Notes under the pieces: model-generated
What the model was told of the DNA's origin: nothing
Databases searched by the model: none
The model's input: the letters and a program-made list of their open reading frames with translations, nothing else
Assembly: GCA_013286145.1 (NCBI GenBank)
Contig: JABDGH010000004.1
Coordinates: 5,874-69,873, forward strand
Direction: 5' to 3'
Source of the DNA: Verrucomicrobiota bacterium
GTDB lineage: Bacteria; Verrucomicrobiota; Verrucomicrobiia; Methylacidiphilales; UBA1321
Length of the DNA: 64,000 nucleotides
Program-made: the position numbers and the translations under genes
Part shown: positions 1 to 9,205 of the stretch, piece after piece
How the letters are laid out: each line of letters begins with the position of its first letter
Position numbering within the stretch: position 1 is the stretch's first letter

Positions 1-292
1 AATGGGATCTCCCGTTGTCGGTGGGGCGATTACGACCGCATCGGGGCTGACTTTTCTGGCGGGCACCCGCGACGGCCACCTCCGTGCCTTCGCCTCAAAT
101 ACCGGGGAGGAACTTGCGAGCTTCCCGCTGCCCAGTGTGGGTGCTTCACTACCGATGATCTACACCGTAAACGGAAGAGAATTTATCGTGATCTGTAGCG
201 GTGGCCATGGTTTTCTTAGATCCGCGATCGATGATCATGTCATGGCTTTTTCTCTTTCAGCAGACTGGTTGAAACAAAATAAGGAGCATTAA
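1..292 (+). CDS. C-terminal fragment of a PQQ-dependent (quinoprotein glucose/quinate-type) dehydrogenase, truncated by the window edge
   Basis: GG..TASGLTF..GTRDGHLRAF...TGEEL...LP......PMIY..NGREFIVI.SGGHG is the typical C-terminal PQQ beta-propeller segment. Confidence 0.8.
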   Translation, partial: MGSPVVGGAITTASGLTFLAGTRDGHLRAFASNTGEELASFPLPSVGASLPMIYTVNGREFIVICSGGHGFLRSAIDDHVMAFSLSADWLKQNKEH

Positions 293-343
293 ATCCATTT
301 TTCATGGAATTTGGGTGTAGGTTCTATACTCCTACCAGCATCA

Positions 344-3300
344 CTATAACGGGCGGACAAGGCGAGGCTTTATGGTCTTCAGCACGTTCTGAAGCGTATG
401 GGCTTGCAGCGGCTTACTTAGATAGCCATCGAATCCAAGACTCATAAATCTTTTCTGGTCGCCCTCAAGCGCCTCGGCTGTCAGGGCGAAAATGGCAGGG
501 CACTGGGTTCCGAGTTTTTCCCGGATAAGTGTGGCGGCCTCGATGCCGTTCATCTCGGGCATTTGAATATCCATGAGGATCAGGTCGTATTGAGTTTTTC
601 CAATGGCATCCACCGCTCGCAGCCCATTGGCGGCCAAGTCGGCGGTATAGCCCAGACGGGCAAGCATCATCAGGCCTACTTTTTGATTAACGGTATTGTC
701 TTCGGCCAGAAGAATGCGAAGCGGGTGGTTTGCCGCCATCCCGCCGTCCAATTTTTTTTCCGGAGCTTTGCGTGCCTGGCCACCTGGAACTCCGATTACT
801 CTCAGCAAAGCATTAAATAGATGCGAGTGCTTGATTGGTTTCGGGATTTGGAATTGAAAGAGGCTCGCATCTTCTCCGACTATAATTTCTCCTGATGAAG
901 AAAGGAGTATGAGAGGAGTCTGAGTTTGTTTATGAATCTCTCTTGCCAGAACAATACCGTCCATTTCGGGCATTTGAAAGTCGAGCAAAGCAACATCGAA
1001 TGGTTGTTGAGTGAGTTTTCCCAAGGCCTCCCGGCCTGAAGACACGGATGTCGGAGCCATTCCCCAAATTTTCAACTGCATTTCGAGCATGCGACGATTG
1101 GTGTCGTTATCGTCCACAATGAGAATTGAACGGGATTTAAGCAGGGCCGGGTCGGGTAGTTGATCTGCGGAAGCGGTCTCCGTGGAAGCTTTCAGGGTGG
1201 TGGTAAAAAAGAAGGTGGATCCTTTGTCTGGTTCGCTTTCGACCCACATCCTGCCGCCCATCAACTCCGTTATTCGTTTACTGATTACCAATCCGAGCCC
1301 GGTGCCACCGTAACGGCGGGTGGTGGAAGTATCGACTTGCTGAAAAGCTTGAAAAAGTTTTTCGATACCTTCCTTGGGAATACCGATACCAGTATCCGTT
1401 ACGGAAAAAAGGAGATGACAACCTGACTTGTCCTGCTTTTGACATTCGACATTGATGACGACTTCCCCCTGGCTGGTAAACTTGATGGCATTGCCAATGA
1501 GGTTAACCAAGACTTGTCGCAGACGCATTGGATCGCCAATCAGGTTGGCAGGAATACCGGGAGCGACCAGATAAACGGCCTCAAGATGCTTGACTCGGAT
1601 TTGTGCGACAAATAAGTCGAGCGCTTCTTCGATACAGTGACACAAGTTGAAGGGATAGTTTTCAAGCAATATCCTCCCCGATTCGATTTTCGAATAATCG
1701 AGGATGTCGTTAATCACCGTCAGGAGGGATTCACCACTGGTATGAATGGTATTAACGCAGTCACGCTGCATTTCGGTGAGTTCTGTATCCGCGAGAATGC
1801 TCGTCATGCCGATGACTCCGTTCATCGGTGTGCGTATCTCGTGACTCATGATGGCAAGGAATTCGCTTTTGGCCCGTTCCGCTGCCTGGGCCTTTTTGGT
1901 GAGATCCTGCTGCTCGGCCATGATCTCCTTGCTTCGGGTTATATCTTCGATTTGAGAGATAAAGTAGAGGGGCTTATTTTGTTTATCCCTCATGAGAGAA
2001 ACACCGAGAAGGGCCCACACGATATGCCCATCCTTATGAAAATACCTTTTTTCCATGGTATAGGAGCGAATCTTGTCATCCAGCAACTCATGCACATGTT
2101 GAAGATCTGTATCGAGATCATCCGGATGCGTGATGTCTTGAAAAGTTTTTGCGCTTAATTCCTCAGCTGAATAACCGAGCAAATTACACACAGATTTATT
2201 GACCTTCAGCCAACGACCTTCAAGCGAGACCAGCGCCATGCCAATGGCGGCATATACAAAAGCATTGGAAAAACGCTCCTCACTGAGCCGAAGCTCCTCT
2301 TCGCTTTTTTTCCTTTCGGTGATGTCATTAAGGATTCCGAGAAAGCCGGTGATTTTGCCTGTTGTATCGGTTAGTGCGGTGACGGAAAGCGAGACCGGAA
2401 AACGATCTCCGTTCCTGCGGATAAAAGACCATTCATTTTCATCCGTTTTTCCCAAACGGGCCTTGGCAATAAAAGTCTCAAAACCCGGTTCAATCTTGCG
2501 CCCAAGCTCCAGGGATAACACTTCGGCGCGTGCGGCGATTTCTCCCGCATCGGGCCAAATCGGGGATGAAAATTTACCTATTATTTCGTCAGGTGTGTAG
2601 CCAAACCACTGTTCAGCTGTTGCGTTAAAAGATATGATCACGCCATCCACATCGGCGGAAATAATCGCGTAATTGGCAGAATTAAGGATGGCATCCTGCA
2701 ACGAGACGACTTCCTGTAACCTGCCTTCCGCACGGCGGCGAAGACGCATTTGATGGCTGGCTATCAGATTGGCCAGGACGAGGAGCACGGCGGCCAGGCC
2801 ACTGCCAAAGGTGAGCAGGCGAGTCGTGTTAAGGAAATTAGCGTTGGCTACTGCGGATCGTTCGGTCAGCAGACCGTGCTCCACATCGGTAAACGCATGC
2901 AAATCGGCAACGGTACGATTGACCACCGCAAATCCCTCTCCTGTTGCCTCTATTTGGATTGCGGGCTGAAGCCCCTTTGAATTTCGAGTATCAATCAGTT
3001 TATACGAATAGGCGATGGTAGCGTCGAGATCGCTGGCGAGGGTTTTCAGACGCTCTTCCTGGCCAGGGTTGTCGCGTACGAGCGTTTTAAGTCGGCCAAT
3101 ATGTTCTTGACCACTATTCATTCCGGATTGATATGTCGCAAGAAGGTCAGCTTGTCCGGTAAGCACATAGCCGCGCATACCGCGCTGGATATTCAGGAGG
3201 TCGCCAGAAAGTGCCTGCGCCTCGGCGATCACTTCGTAAGTATGTTCGCGCCAGGAATTCGAATTTTTTAGATTGGCAAAACTGGTGGAGGAAACAAAGG

Positions 3301-4009
3301 CGATCATCGTCATCAATGTCACGGAGGCGGTGACAGGCAGCCAACGAAGAAAGCTAAACTTGATTGATCCTGCCATTTGCCAGGCCCAAGCCAACAGGCC
3401 GATGCTAAGGACGAAAAATGTCGTCGCCGTATGCACGGCCATGCGCCAATAAGAACCCCAACCGTAAGCGGCGTCGATTCCCACCAGGAAACCGACCAAG
3501 GCCACACAGGCGATCATGGCCACGATGCACGCGAGGATGCCGATGGCGGTCAATCGTGCATGGGATCGCTGCTGTCTCCCGCTCAAGATCAACGCCATGC
3601 CCAAAAGCGTAAAACAGCCTGCGGTTAGAGGAGCCATGCGAGCCGATGTCTCCGAGGCTAAAATGAGATAATACTTAAAAAAGAGCTGATCGATTCCAAG
3701 ATCCCGGCCAATGATGTATTCCGCCAAAGTTGACAGGCCAAGAATGAAAACAAGACCGCCGATCCACGCTGCCAGCCTCGCGTATCGCGTCGTCAGTAAA
3801 ACAAGCCCCGCACCGCAAAGGAAAAATCCGAGCGCGGTGTTGTACTTCATGGGCACAAGATTCGGCAGTACCTGGACAAGCACAACGCAGTGCGCATACC
3901 AGCCGATGATGACGGTGATTCCAACGATCATTCCGAAATAACCGCTTACCCTTGAGAACAAGAGAGGCTTGCTGACAGAACAAGCTTTAGATATTGAAGC
4001 ATAATCCAT
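344..4009 (-). CDS. Hybrid sensor histidine kinase/response regulator (N-terminal multi-TM region, CHASE3, 2 PAS/PAC, HisKA, HATPase, 2 receiver domains)
   Basis: H-box FLAIMSHEIRTPMNGVIG; N-box NLIGNAIKFT; DTGIGI and GGTGLGL boxes; receivers ILIVDDN..LLDFQMP and ILLAEDN..LMDIQMP; CHASE3-like QRGMRGYVLTG. Confidence 0.95.
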   Translation of the reverse strand: MDYASISKACSVSKPLLFSRVSGYFGMIVGITVIIGWYAHCVVLVQVLPNLVPMKYNTALGFFLCGAGLVLLTTRYARLAAWIGGLVFILGLSTLAEYIIGRDLGIDQLFFKYYLILASETSARMAPLTAGCFTLLGMALILSGRQQRSHARLTAIGILACIVAMIACVALVGFLVGIDAAYGWGSYWRMAVHTATTFFVLSIGLLAWAWQMAGSIKFSFLRWLPVTASVTLMTMIAFVSSTSFANLKNSNSWREHTYEVIAEAQALSGDLLNIQRGMRGYVLTGQADLLATYQSGMNSGQEHIGRLKTLVRDNPGQEERLKTLASDLDATIAYSYKLIDTRNSKGLQPAIQIEATGEGFAVVNRTVADLHAFTDVEHGLLTERSAVANANFLNTTRLLTFGSGLAAVLLVLANLIASHQMRLRRRAEGRLQEVVSLQDAILNSANYAIISADVDGVIISFNATAEQWFGYTPDEIIGKFSSPIWPDAGEIAARAEVLSLELGRKIEPGFETFIAKARLGKTDENEWSFIRRNGDRFPVSLSVTALTDTTGKITGFLGILNDITERKKSEEELRLSEERFSNAFVYAAIGMALVSLEGRWLKVNKSVCNLLGYSAEELSAKTFQDITHPDDLDTDLQHVHELLDDKIRSYTMEKRYFHKDGHIVWALLGVSLMRDKQNKPLYFISQIEDITRSKEIMAEQQDLTKKAQAAERAKSEFLAIMSHEIRTPMNGVIGMTSILADTELTEMQRDCVNTIHTSGESLLTVINDILDYSKIESGRILLENYPFNLCHCIEEALDLFVAQIRVKHLEAVYLVAPGIPANLIGDPMRLRQVLVNLIGNAIKFTSQGEVVINVECQKQDKSGCHLLFSVTDTGIGIPKEGIEKLFQAFQQVDTSTTRRYGGTGLGLVISKRITELMGGRMWVESEPDKGSTFFFTTTLKASTETASADQLPDPALLKSRSILIVDDNDTNRRMLEMQLKIWGMAPTSVSSGREALGKLTQQPFDVALLDFQMPEMDGIVLAREIHKQTQTPLILLSSSGEIIVGEDASLFQFQIPKPIKHSHLFNALLRVIGVPGGQARKAPEKKLDGGMAANHPLRILLAEDNTVNQKVGLMMLARLGYTADLAANGLRAVDAIGKTQYDLILMDIQMPEMNGIEAATLIREKLGTQCPAIFALTAEALEGDQKRFMSLGFDGYLSKPLQAHTLQNVLKTIKPRLVRPL

Positions 4010-4093
4010 CCGAAAAAATGTAACACAGTCTGCGAGGAACAGCTATGCATCTCGCTCGATTCTCCGAAGCGGGAAAGCTTCCGGCCATTCTGG

Positions 4094-4283
4094 GAGTTTG
4101 CTGAAAAAGTCTTTTTAAAAATTTGTCATCCCGAGCTTGTCGAGGGATCAGACACGTAAAGAATAATCGAGAAGTCGGACAGTTTGAATCCGATGGCTTA
4201 CTGTGGTCACCTGACTTTGGGGTAAGAAGGACGCGTCTGATCCCTCGACAAGCTCGGGATGACGGGCTTTTTTCAGCAAGCCC
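4094..4283. mobile_element. Putative MITE-like non-autonomous element with an internal 33-bp inverted repeat
   Basis: Imperfect terminal IRs GAGTTTGCTGAAAAAGTC (4094) / GGCTTTTTTCAGCAAGCCC (to 4283); flanks CTGG and CTAG; internal IR GTCATCCCGAGCTTGTCGAGGGATCAGACACGT (4125-4157) pairs with 4231-4263 with 1 mismatch; no ORF. Confidence 0.6.
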
Positions 4284-4664
4284 CTAGTTCATTAATCCTG
4301 CGAAAGCCTTGCGCCCCGACCAGAGAAGGAATAGCGCCAGCACGCTAATGACAATCGGCACTCCGAACAGACCTTCCCCTTTTGCGATGAAGATATGGAA
4401 GGCCAGGATATTGAGAATGATCGGGCCGAGCACAAGCAGTCCAAAGTTGCGGGTGCGAGGCACGGCGACAAGACAACCACCGATCAATTCGAGAATTTTA
4501 ACAAAGGTCAGGTAGCCCGTGGGGACGAGCGCGCCCATGAACAAAGCGACCGGGGTGCCTTCCGGCGGCGGCGGCATGGGAACGAGCTTCAAAAGCACGA
4601 TGAGCGAGAAGACGATGAAGGCGAGGCCGAGCAGACCGCCAGCGATGTTGGATGCAATTTTCAT
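4284..4664 (-). CDS. DoxX-family membrane protein
   Basis: 126 aa, 4 hydrophobic segments, GYL..VK..E..GG and L.PI..NI..FH motifs. Confidence 0.75.
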   Translation of the reverse strand: MKIASNIAGGLLGLAFIVFSLIVLLKLVPMPPPPEGTPVALFMGALVPTGYLTFVKILELIGGCLVAVPRTRNFGLLVLGPIILNILAFHIFIAKGEGLFGVPIVISVLALFLLWSGRKAFAGLMN

Positions 4665-4676
4665 GGTATGAGTTGG

Positions 4677-5207
4677 TTATCGGTTGGTTGTTACTGATTT
4701 CAAATTTGCCAGGCCATTCTCGAATTGGCCGCCGACGATTTTGTCGCAGTTCATGATTAGCCCAAACGCCTTGGAGATGAAATTATTTTTGCCGTGCATG
4801 CTCCACGTCACGATGGTCTGGTCGCCGGATGACTTGAAGGTGAACTCCGCGATGTTCGTGCCTTTGAAGGGTTTCAGGAAATCGAGTTGGATGCGGATTA
4901 GCTCGCCCGGTCGGCTTTCCAGGAGCGTCATGCTTCCTTCGCCGACCTGTTTGTTTCCCGACCATCGAAAGATGGCGCCTTCACCCGACGCCGCTCCCTC
5001 GAAGGAATTTTTTGCTGCGGGATCCATCCTGGCCCATGGGGACCATGCTTGCCATTTGTGGAAATCGTTTATCTGTTCGAACACGACCGAAGCGGGTGCG
5101 GGGATGGTGGCCGTCCGCGTGACGCGAAAATCGGACGGTTGCATGGCCACGATGATGGCCAGGATGACGACAATGCCGGCAATGGCCATGAGGATATTAA
5201 TGATCAC
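4677..5207 (-). CDS. SRPBCC/polyketide cyclase-family protein
   Basis: N-terminal TM; FRVTRTATI.AP...VF..INDFHKW..WSPW; GEGSMT; LDFLKPF; FE.GL.NLK. Confidence 0.85.
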   Translation of the reverse strand: MIINILMAIAGIVVILAIIVAMQPSDFRVTRTATIPAPASVVFEQINDFHKWQAWSPWARMDPAAKNSFEGAASGEGAIFRWSGNKQVGEGSMTLLESRPGELIRIQLDFLKPFKGTNIAEFTFKSSGDQTIVTWSMHGKNNFISKAFGLIMNCDKIVGGQFENGLANLKSVTTNR

Positions 5208-5250
5208 GGTATTTTCTCCGCAGGGGTTGAGGTTGTGATTAGCTTATAAA

Positions 5251-6594
5251 CTATATCGATGTCGATAAAAGCCGATAGTGACGCCTGAAACAGAACGCGC
5301 AAAGAAGACAGGCGAACAGAATCCATACCGGGAGGAAAACAAAACCTCGTGCGACTGCGTCCTGCGTACTGCCACCATCCCGGACGGCTCTGAGTACGAG
5401 GGCAAAAACGAGACTGATAAATCCATAGCCGAGGTTGAAGGCAAGACCCTTGAAGGAAAGCACGGTGGCCCGATGGCTCGAATCGACGAGCGCGTTCAGG
5501 TAGTACGATACGATGTACCCGAGCGCCATCATGGCTGCGCCCAACGGCAGGATAAAAACGACGCCCCAATAAGTCCATTGGCAGGCGACTCCGGTGAGAC
5601 CCGCCAGGACGGTCAGCCCAATGAGGCCATAATTTCGCGCCACGGAATTGACTGCGACCATGCGCCGGGCGACAGGCGAGATGACCATTCCCAGGCCTCC
5701 CATGACCGCGCCGATCAAGCCGAAGGTTGCTTCCGGAAGTTCGATCACGCGAAAATAGGAACTGGAAAAGGTGAGGAAAAGTCGAACGACGCTGTCAATC
5801 AACACCCCGGCCGTGATGACGAAGAGCGCAATCGGTGTTTTCATAATCCATGTTCCCGCGTTGACCACCAGATGCCACGCCGTAATTTCGAAGCCGCCTG
5901 AATTCTTATTCTTGGGCGCGACTTTGGTGGCCCGCTCCACTGGTTCGCGCAAGCCGAGGGCAATCCAGAGCGTGAAGAAAGCGGTGATGAGATTGAGATA
6001 GACCGGGAAGCGAAGAGTTAAATCCTGGGTGACATGAAAATTCGCTCCAAAAAATGAGAAGACGCGCCCCATGAATTTGGGATCGTAAACCGCTCCGCCA
6101 ACGAGCATGGCGATGACCATGCCCACGCCCTGCCAGCGCATGACCTGATCCAATACTTTGGGCCATTCCTTGGACCTGCCGCGCTCGGCCAGCGAGTCGA
6201 AGACCAGCGCTTCATCCGCTCCGCTCGCCATGCCCTCCGCCATGCCGCTTAAGATGCGATTCGCCAGGCAGCAGAGCAAAAGAACGATGCCTCCATGACT
6301 CGGAGCTACGCTGAGCAGTACCATTTCGAGTACCATGAAGAAGGCCGCCGCCACGACCAACGGCTTGCGACCAATCCGATCCGCCAGCACACCCGCGGGC
6401 AAATCGGTGAAGACGATGGCGAGCGCCCAGGCAAAATTCAGCAGCGTGTATTCGGTCGCGCTGAGGCCCAGGTCAAGAAACAGAACGGCGAGAACCGGAT
6501 AGTAAAAGCGCGAATTGAAGAGAACGCGGAACAGGACGAACCGCCGCCAATTGCGGTCGGCATCGCTCATGTTCTTGCGAAGTTCCTTTGTCAT
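5251..6594 (-). CDS. MFS transporter
   Basis: MFS motif A GVLADRIGRK; ASGADEALVFDSL; about 12 hydrophobic segments. Confidence 0.9.
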   Translation of the reverse strand: MTKELRKNMSDADRNWRRFVLFRVLFNSRFYYPVLAVLFLDLGLSATEYTLLNFAWALAIVFTDLPAGVLADRIGRKPLVVAAAFFMVLEMVLLSVAPSHGGIVLLLCCLANRILSGMAEGMASGADEALVFDSLAERGRSKEWPKVLDQVMRWQGVGMVIAMLVGGAVYDPKFMGRVFSFFGANFHVTQDLTLRFPVYLNLITAFFTLWIALGLREPVERATKVAPKNKNSGGFEITAWHLVVNAGTWIMKTPIALFVITAGVLIDSVVRLFLTFSSSYFRVIELPEATFGLIGAVMGGLGMVISPVARRMVAVNSVARNYGLIGLTVLAGLTGVACQWTYWGVVFILPLGAAMMALGYIVSYYLNALVDSSHRATVLSFKGLAFNLGYGFISLVFALVLRAVRDGGSTQDAVARGFVFLPVWILFACLLCAFCFRRHYRLLSTSI

Positions 6595-6763
6595 GTCCCC
6601 TCCATAAGCTGAAGACTGTCCGAAATATCGGCCTGAGTCGCGCCCATATTCGACTGCTCTTTAACCCCATCGCCCGCAAAAGATCAGGGGATGATGACTG
6701 ATCTGGGTTTCTCCCTCTTTCTCTTCTCATTGAGGTCTCAAGGTGCGGGCCTATAATACCCAC

Positions 6764-7627
6764 CTATGAGCGCTGAATAGGAGTCATTCCTGACTGTTTC
6801 TGCACTGTTCCAGCCCGAGTTATTGTGGTTTTCCTGACCGTGTCTGCCCCACTGTGGCCCACTTCAAATGAAACGTGGTTCAGTTCGTCGTCGTGGCCCC
6901 TGAAGCACTCGTGAAATGCCTTGAGTAGCTCCACGTCGTTAATGTCTTGTGATGGTGGATGTGGATTGTTGCGGACGGTAGGAATTGTTCCCGGAAAAAG
7001 ATAAATGCAGGCCGGAGGCAATCTGTAGGGTCCGACTTCAGTCACTCTAGCCCCTTGCCTATCTGCCAGAATTTTTGGGCAAGGGCGGCCCAAAGTTGAG
7101 CAAACCCAATCCCAGACCAACAGGCCGTCTACTTGCTGGTTGCGGGAGATAATCTCTGCCGATAAACGGGTGTGGATTCCGGACCAGACGTTATGTCTCG
7201 GATCAGCGCCAGGATTGCTGCAAAGGCTCCAGATAATGAATTCCTTTGCATGTGAGGGACGTTCAAAAATATTGGTATTATTGCCATCAAGACATCCCTT
7301 TAATTCGATGACGCCGATTTTTCCTGACTTGAGTTTGATGGAATAATCATGCCGGTTGGCATCACCCGCACTGTCCCATTCTTTAATAAAACCCTTGTCC
7401 TGCATGTAGTTCAGCACGTGCTGAACGAACTCTCTCTTTTCCCTCATGGTCGCGCTAAACTGTCCTCGAATGCGTTCAATGGCTCCGCGAAACAAGCCTG
7501 AATTATAAAACTCCTTCTCATCAAGTCCGTGAGCACCGAGGGTGTGTGCTTGGGTTTTCAAAACCTCGGCAAATACTTTGATTTGGCCGTCCAACTCGGC
7601 GTTCTGTTCGCAGGGAATACTACTCAT
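6764..7627 (-). CDS. Type II restriction endonuclease, KasI-like (putative GGCGCC)
   Basis: PD-(D/E)xK-like core RHDY...IELKG; ATGA overlap with the upstream m5C MTase; the sequence closely resembles R.KasI as I recall it (not database-verified). Confidence 0.75.
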   Translation of the reverse strand: MSSIPCEQNAELDGQIKVFAEVLKTQAHTLGAHGLDEKEFYNSGLFRGAIERIRGQFSATMREKREFVQHVLNYMQDKGFIKEWDSAGDANRHDYSIKLKSGKIGVIELKGCLDGNNTNIFERPSHAKEFIIWSLCSNPGADPRHNVWSGIHTRLSAEIISRNQQVDGLLVWDWVCSTLGRPCPKILADRQGARVTEVGPYRLPPACIYLFPGTIPTVRNNPHPPSQDINDVELLKAFHECFRGHDDELNHVSFEVGHSGADTVRKTTITRAGTVQKQSGMTPIQRS

Positions 7628-8778
7628 GCGGCAATCTTCGCGTCACGAAAACCCTTAGCAAGGATACGTTCGAATACATGGTAGGCGAGATGTCGCACCA
7701 CTGGCACAACCACGCCGTCACCTGTAAGATGGTACCCCTCATTATAGTTTGAGGGCAGACGGTATGTGTCAGGTAAACCCATAAGTCTAGCCGTCTCTCG
7801 AGTCGAGATCAGTCGAGATCGTATTTTCGTGCCATGTATCACCATAATGAGTTGTCGACTTGATCCACCTGTGGGTGTTCGAAGACAACCTGAAACATCA
7901 TCAAAGCGAACCTCTGCCCTCTGCACTTTTACACCGTTCTCGTTCAAGCGGGTACGTTTGTAAATGCCGCCTACCACCCGCGTACCCAATTTCTTTACCT
8001 TTTCCACTTTGGCTAAATTGACGGCACTCATCATGCCGAGCAGAGCGGAAGTCTCTTCCTGAGTGTGCCAACGCACACCCGAAGGTGTGTCCTCAATTAA
8101 ATCCGCCAAAGTGATAGTACGGGGAGAAGGCTTGGGGAAATTCCACCAAGTCCACATAGTTTTTACAGATTTCGGGAGCGCCGCGTGAGCAAAACGAAGG
8201 GCGTGGGGATGCCACGAGTTTGAAGGGGCATCAATTGCTACGCTGGTGGGAATCTCAGTGCCGTCAAGAACACCAATGAAAAAAAGCCGTGGACGAGAAT
8301 GGGGAACAAAAAGCTCCGCATCCACCACCACGGCACCGTACTGATAACCACATTGAGCGAATGTCGAACAGATCGCAGCAAAATCAGTTCCTTGGTGTGA
8401 TGTAAGCGCCCCGCACACATTTTCCAGCACGATCATTCGGGGAGATCTGCCGTCTTTGGCAAGGCCGCGCATAAGATCCCAGAAGGGGTAGAAAGTTCCA
8501 GACCGTTCACCCTTCAATCCCGCTCCGCCACCAGCAAGAGATAGGTCTTGGCAAGGGAAAGACCCCCAAGCCAAGTCGGCTACGTCTGGAATACTGGAGG
8601 CGTTCAGTGTTCGGATATCTGCGGTTCTGAGCTCGTTACTTCCCCAATTGATCCGATAGACATCACTTTTCTTGTGATCGAAATCATTAGCAAATAGGCA
8701 TTTCCACTCAGATCCCAAGCCCGCGCGGGCCATACCCCCACCGGCAAAAAACTCTAGGTAGGTAAAAGGTTTGTTCAT
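7624..8778 (-). CDS. DNA (cytosine-5)-methyltransferase of a Type II R-M system
   Basis: Motif I FFAGGGM, motif IV GSFPCQDLS, motif VI LENV, motif VIII PHSRPRLF, motifs IX/X RETARLMGLP..TGDGVVVPV; ATG at 8778 preferred over TTG at 8880. Confidence 0.93.
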   Translation of the reverse strand: MNKPFTYLEFFAGGGMARAGLGSEWKCLFANDFDHKKSDVYRINWGSNELRTADIRTLNASSIPDVADLAWGSFPCQDLSLAGGGAGLKGERSGTFYPFWDLMRGLAKDGRSPRMIVLENVCGALTSHQGTDFAAICSTFAQCGYQYGAVVVDAELFVPHSRPRLFFIGVLDGTEIPTSVAIDAPSNSWHPHALRFAHAALPKSVKTMWTWWNFPKPSPRTITLADLIEDTPSGVRWHTQEETSALLGMMSAVNLAKVEKVKKLGTRVVGGIYKRTRLNENGVKVQRAEVRFDDVSGCLRTPTGGSSRQLIMVIHGTKIRSRLISTRETARLMGLPDTYRLPSNYNEGYHLTGDGVVVPVVRHLAYHVFERILAKGFRDAKIAA

Positions 8779-8989
8779 TTGGATCGCCGCAAAAAGATTT
8801 TCCAAGGCGCGTCGCGCGTTCCCGATGAACTCAGGGTATACTGGTACCCGTCCGCGATTGCAACTCCCCTTGGTTTCCAAGCCAGTTATACAACCGTATC
8901 ACTATGACTGCAAGAGATTTTAAAGGCTGAAAAAGTGAACAGGTACATTTTCCTTCCGGCCAACGTCTGCGTTCGCAGAGGAGAGAAAG

Positions 8990-9062
8990 CTGCCGCGCTA
9001 GGACTCGAACCTAGAACACCCAGATCCAGAATCTGGTGTGCTACCAATTGCACCACGCGGCA
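8990..9062 (-). tRNA. tRNA-Gln (anticodon CTG)
   Basis: Cloverleaf on minus strand: acceptor TGCCGCG/CGCGGCA, anticodon arm CCAGA-TTCTGGA-TCTGG, T arm CTAGG-TTCGAGT-CCTAG; CCA not encoded. Confidence 0.96.
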
Positions 9063-9205
9063 AAAAGAGCGCCGGGGTGGATGACCCGGCGGGCCGATAA
9101 TCAAACGATACCTTGCGCCCGGAGGCAAGTTCTTTCCCCGTCCCTCCCCGGGCGGAGGATGCTTACGCATTGGCCGGGACGCGGCAATTGCGCTACGTTG
9201 AGAAG

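Noticed and set aside
6595-6763. att repeat of tRNA-Gln closing the R-M cassette
   Set aside because: No convincing copy of the tRNA 3' end found by eye
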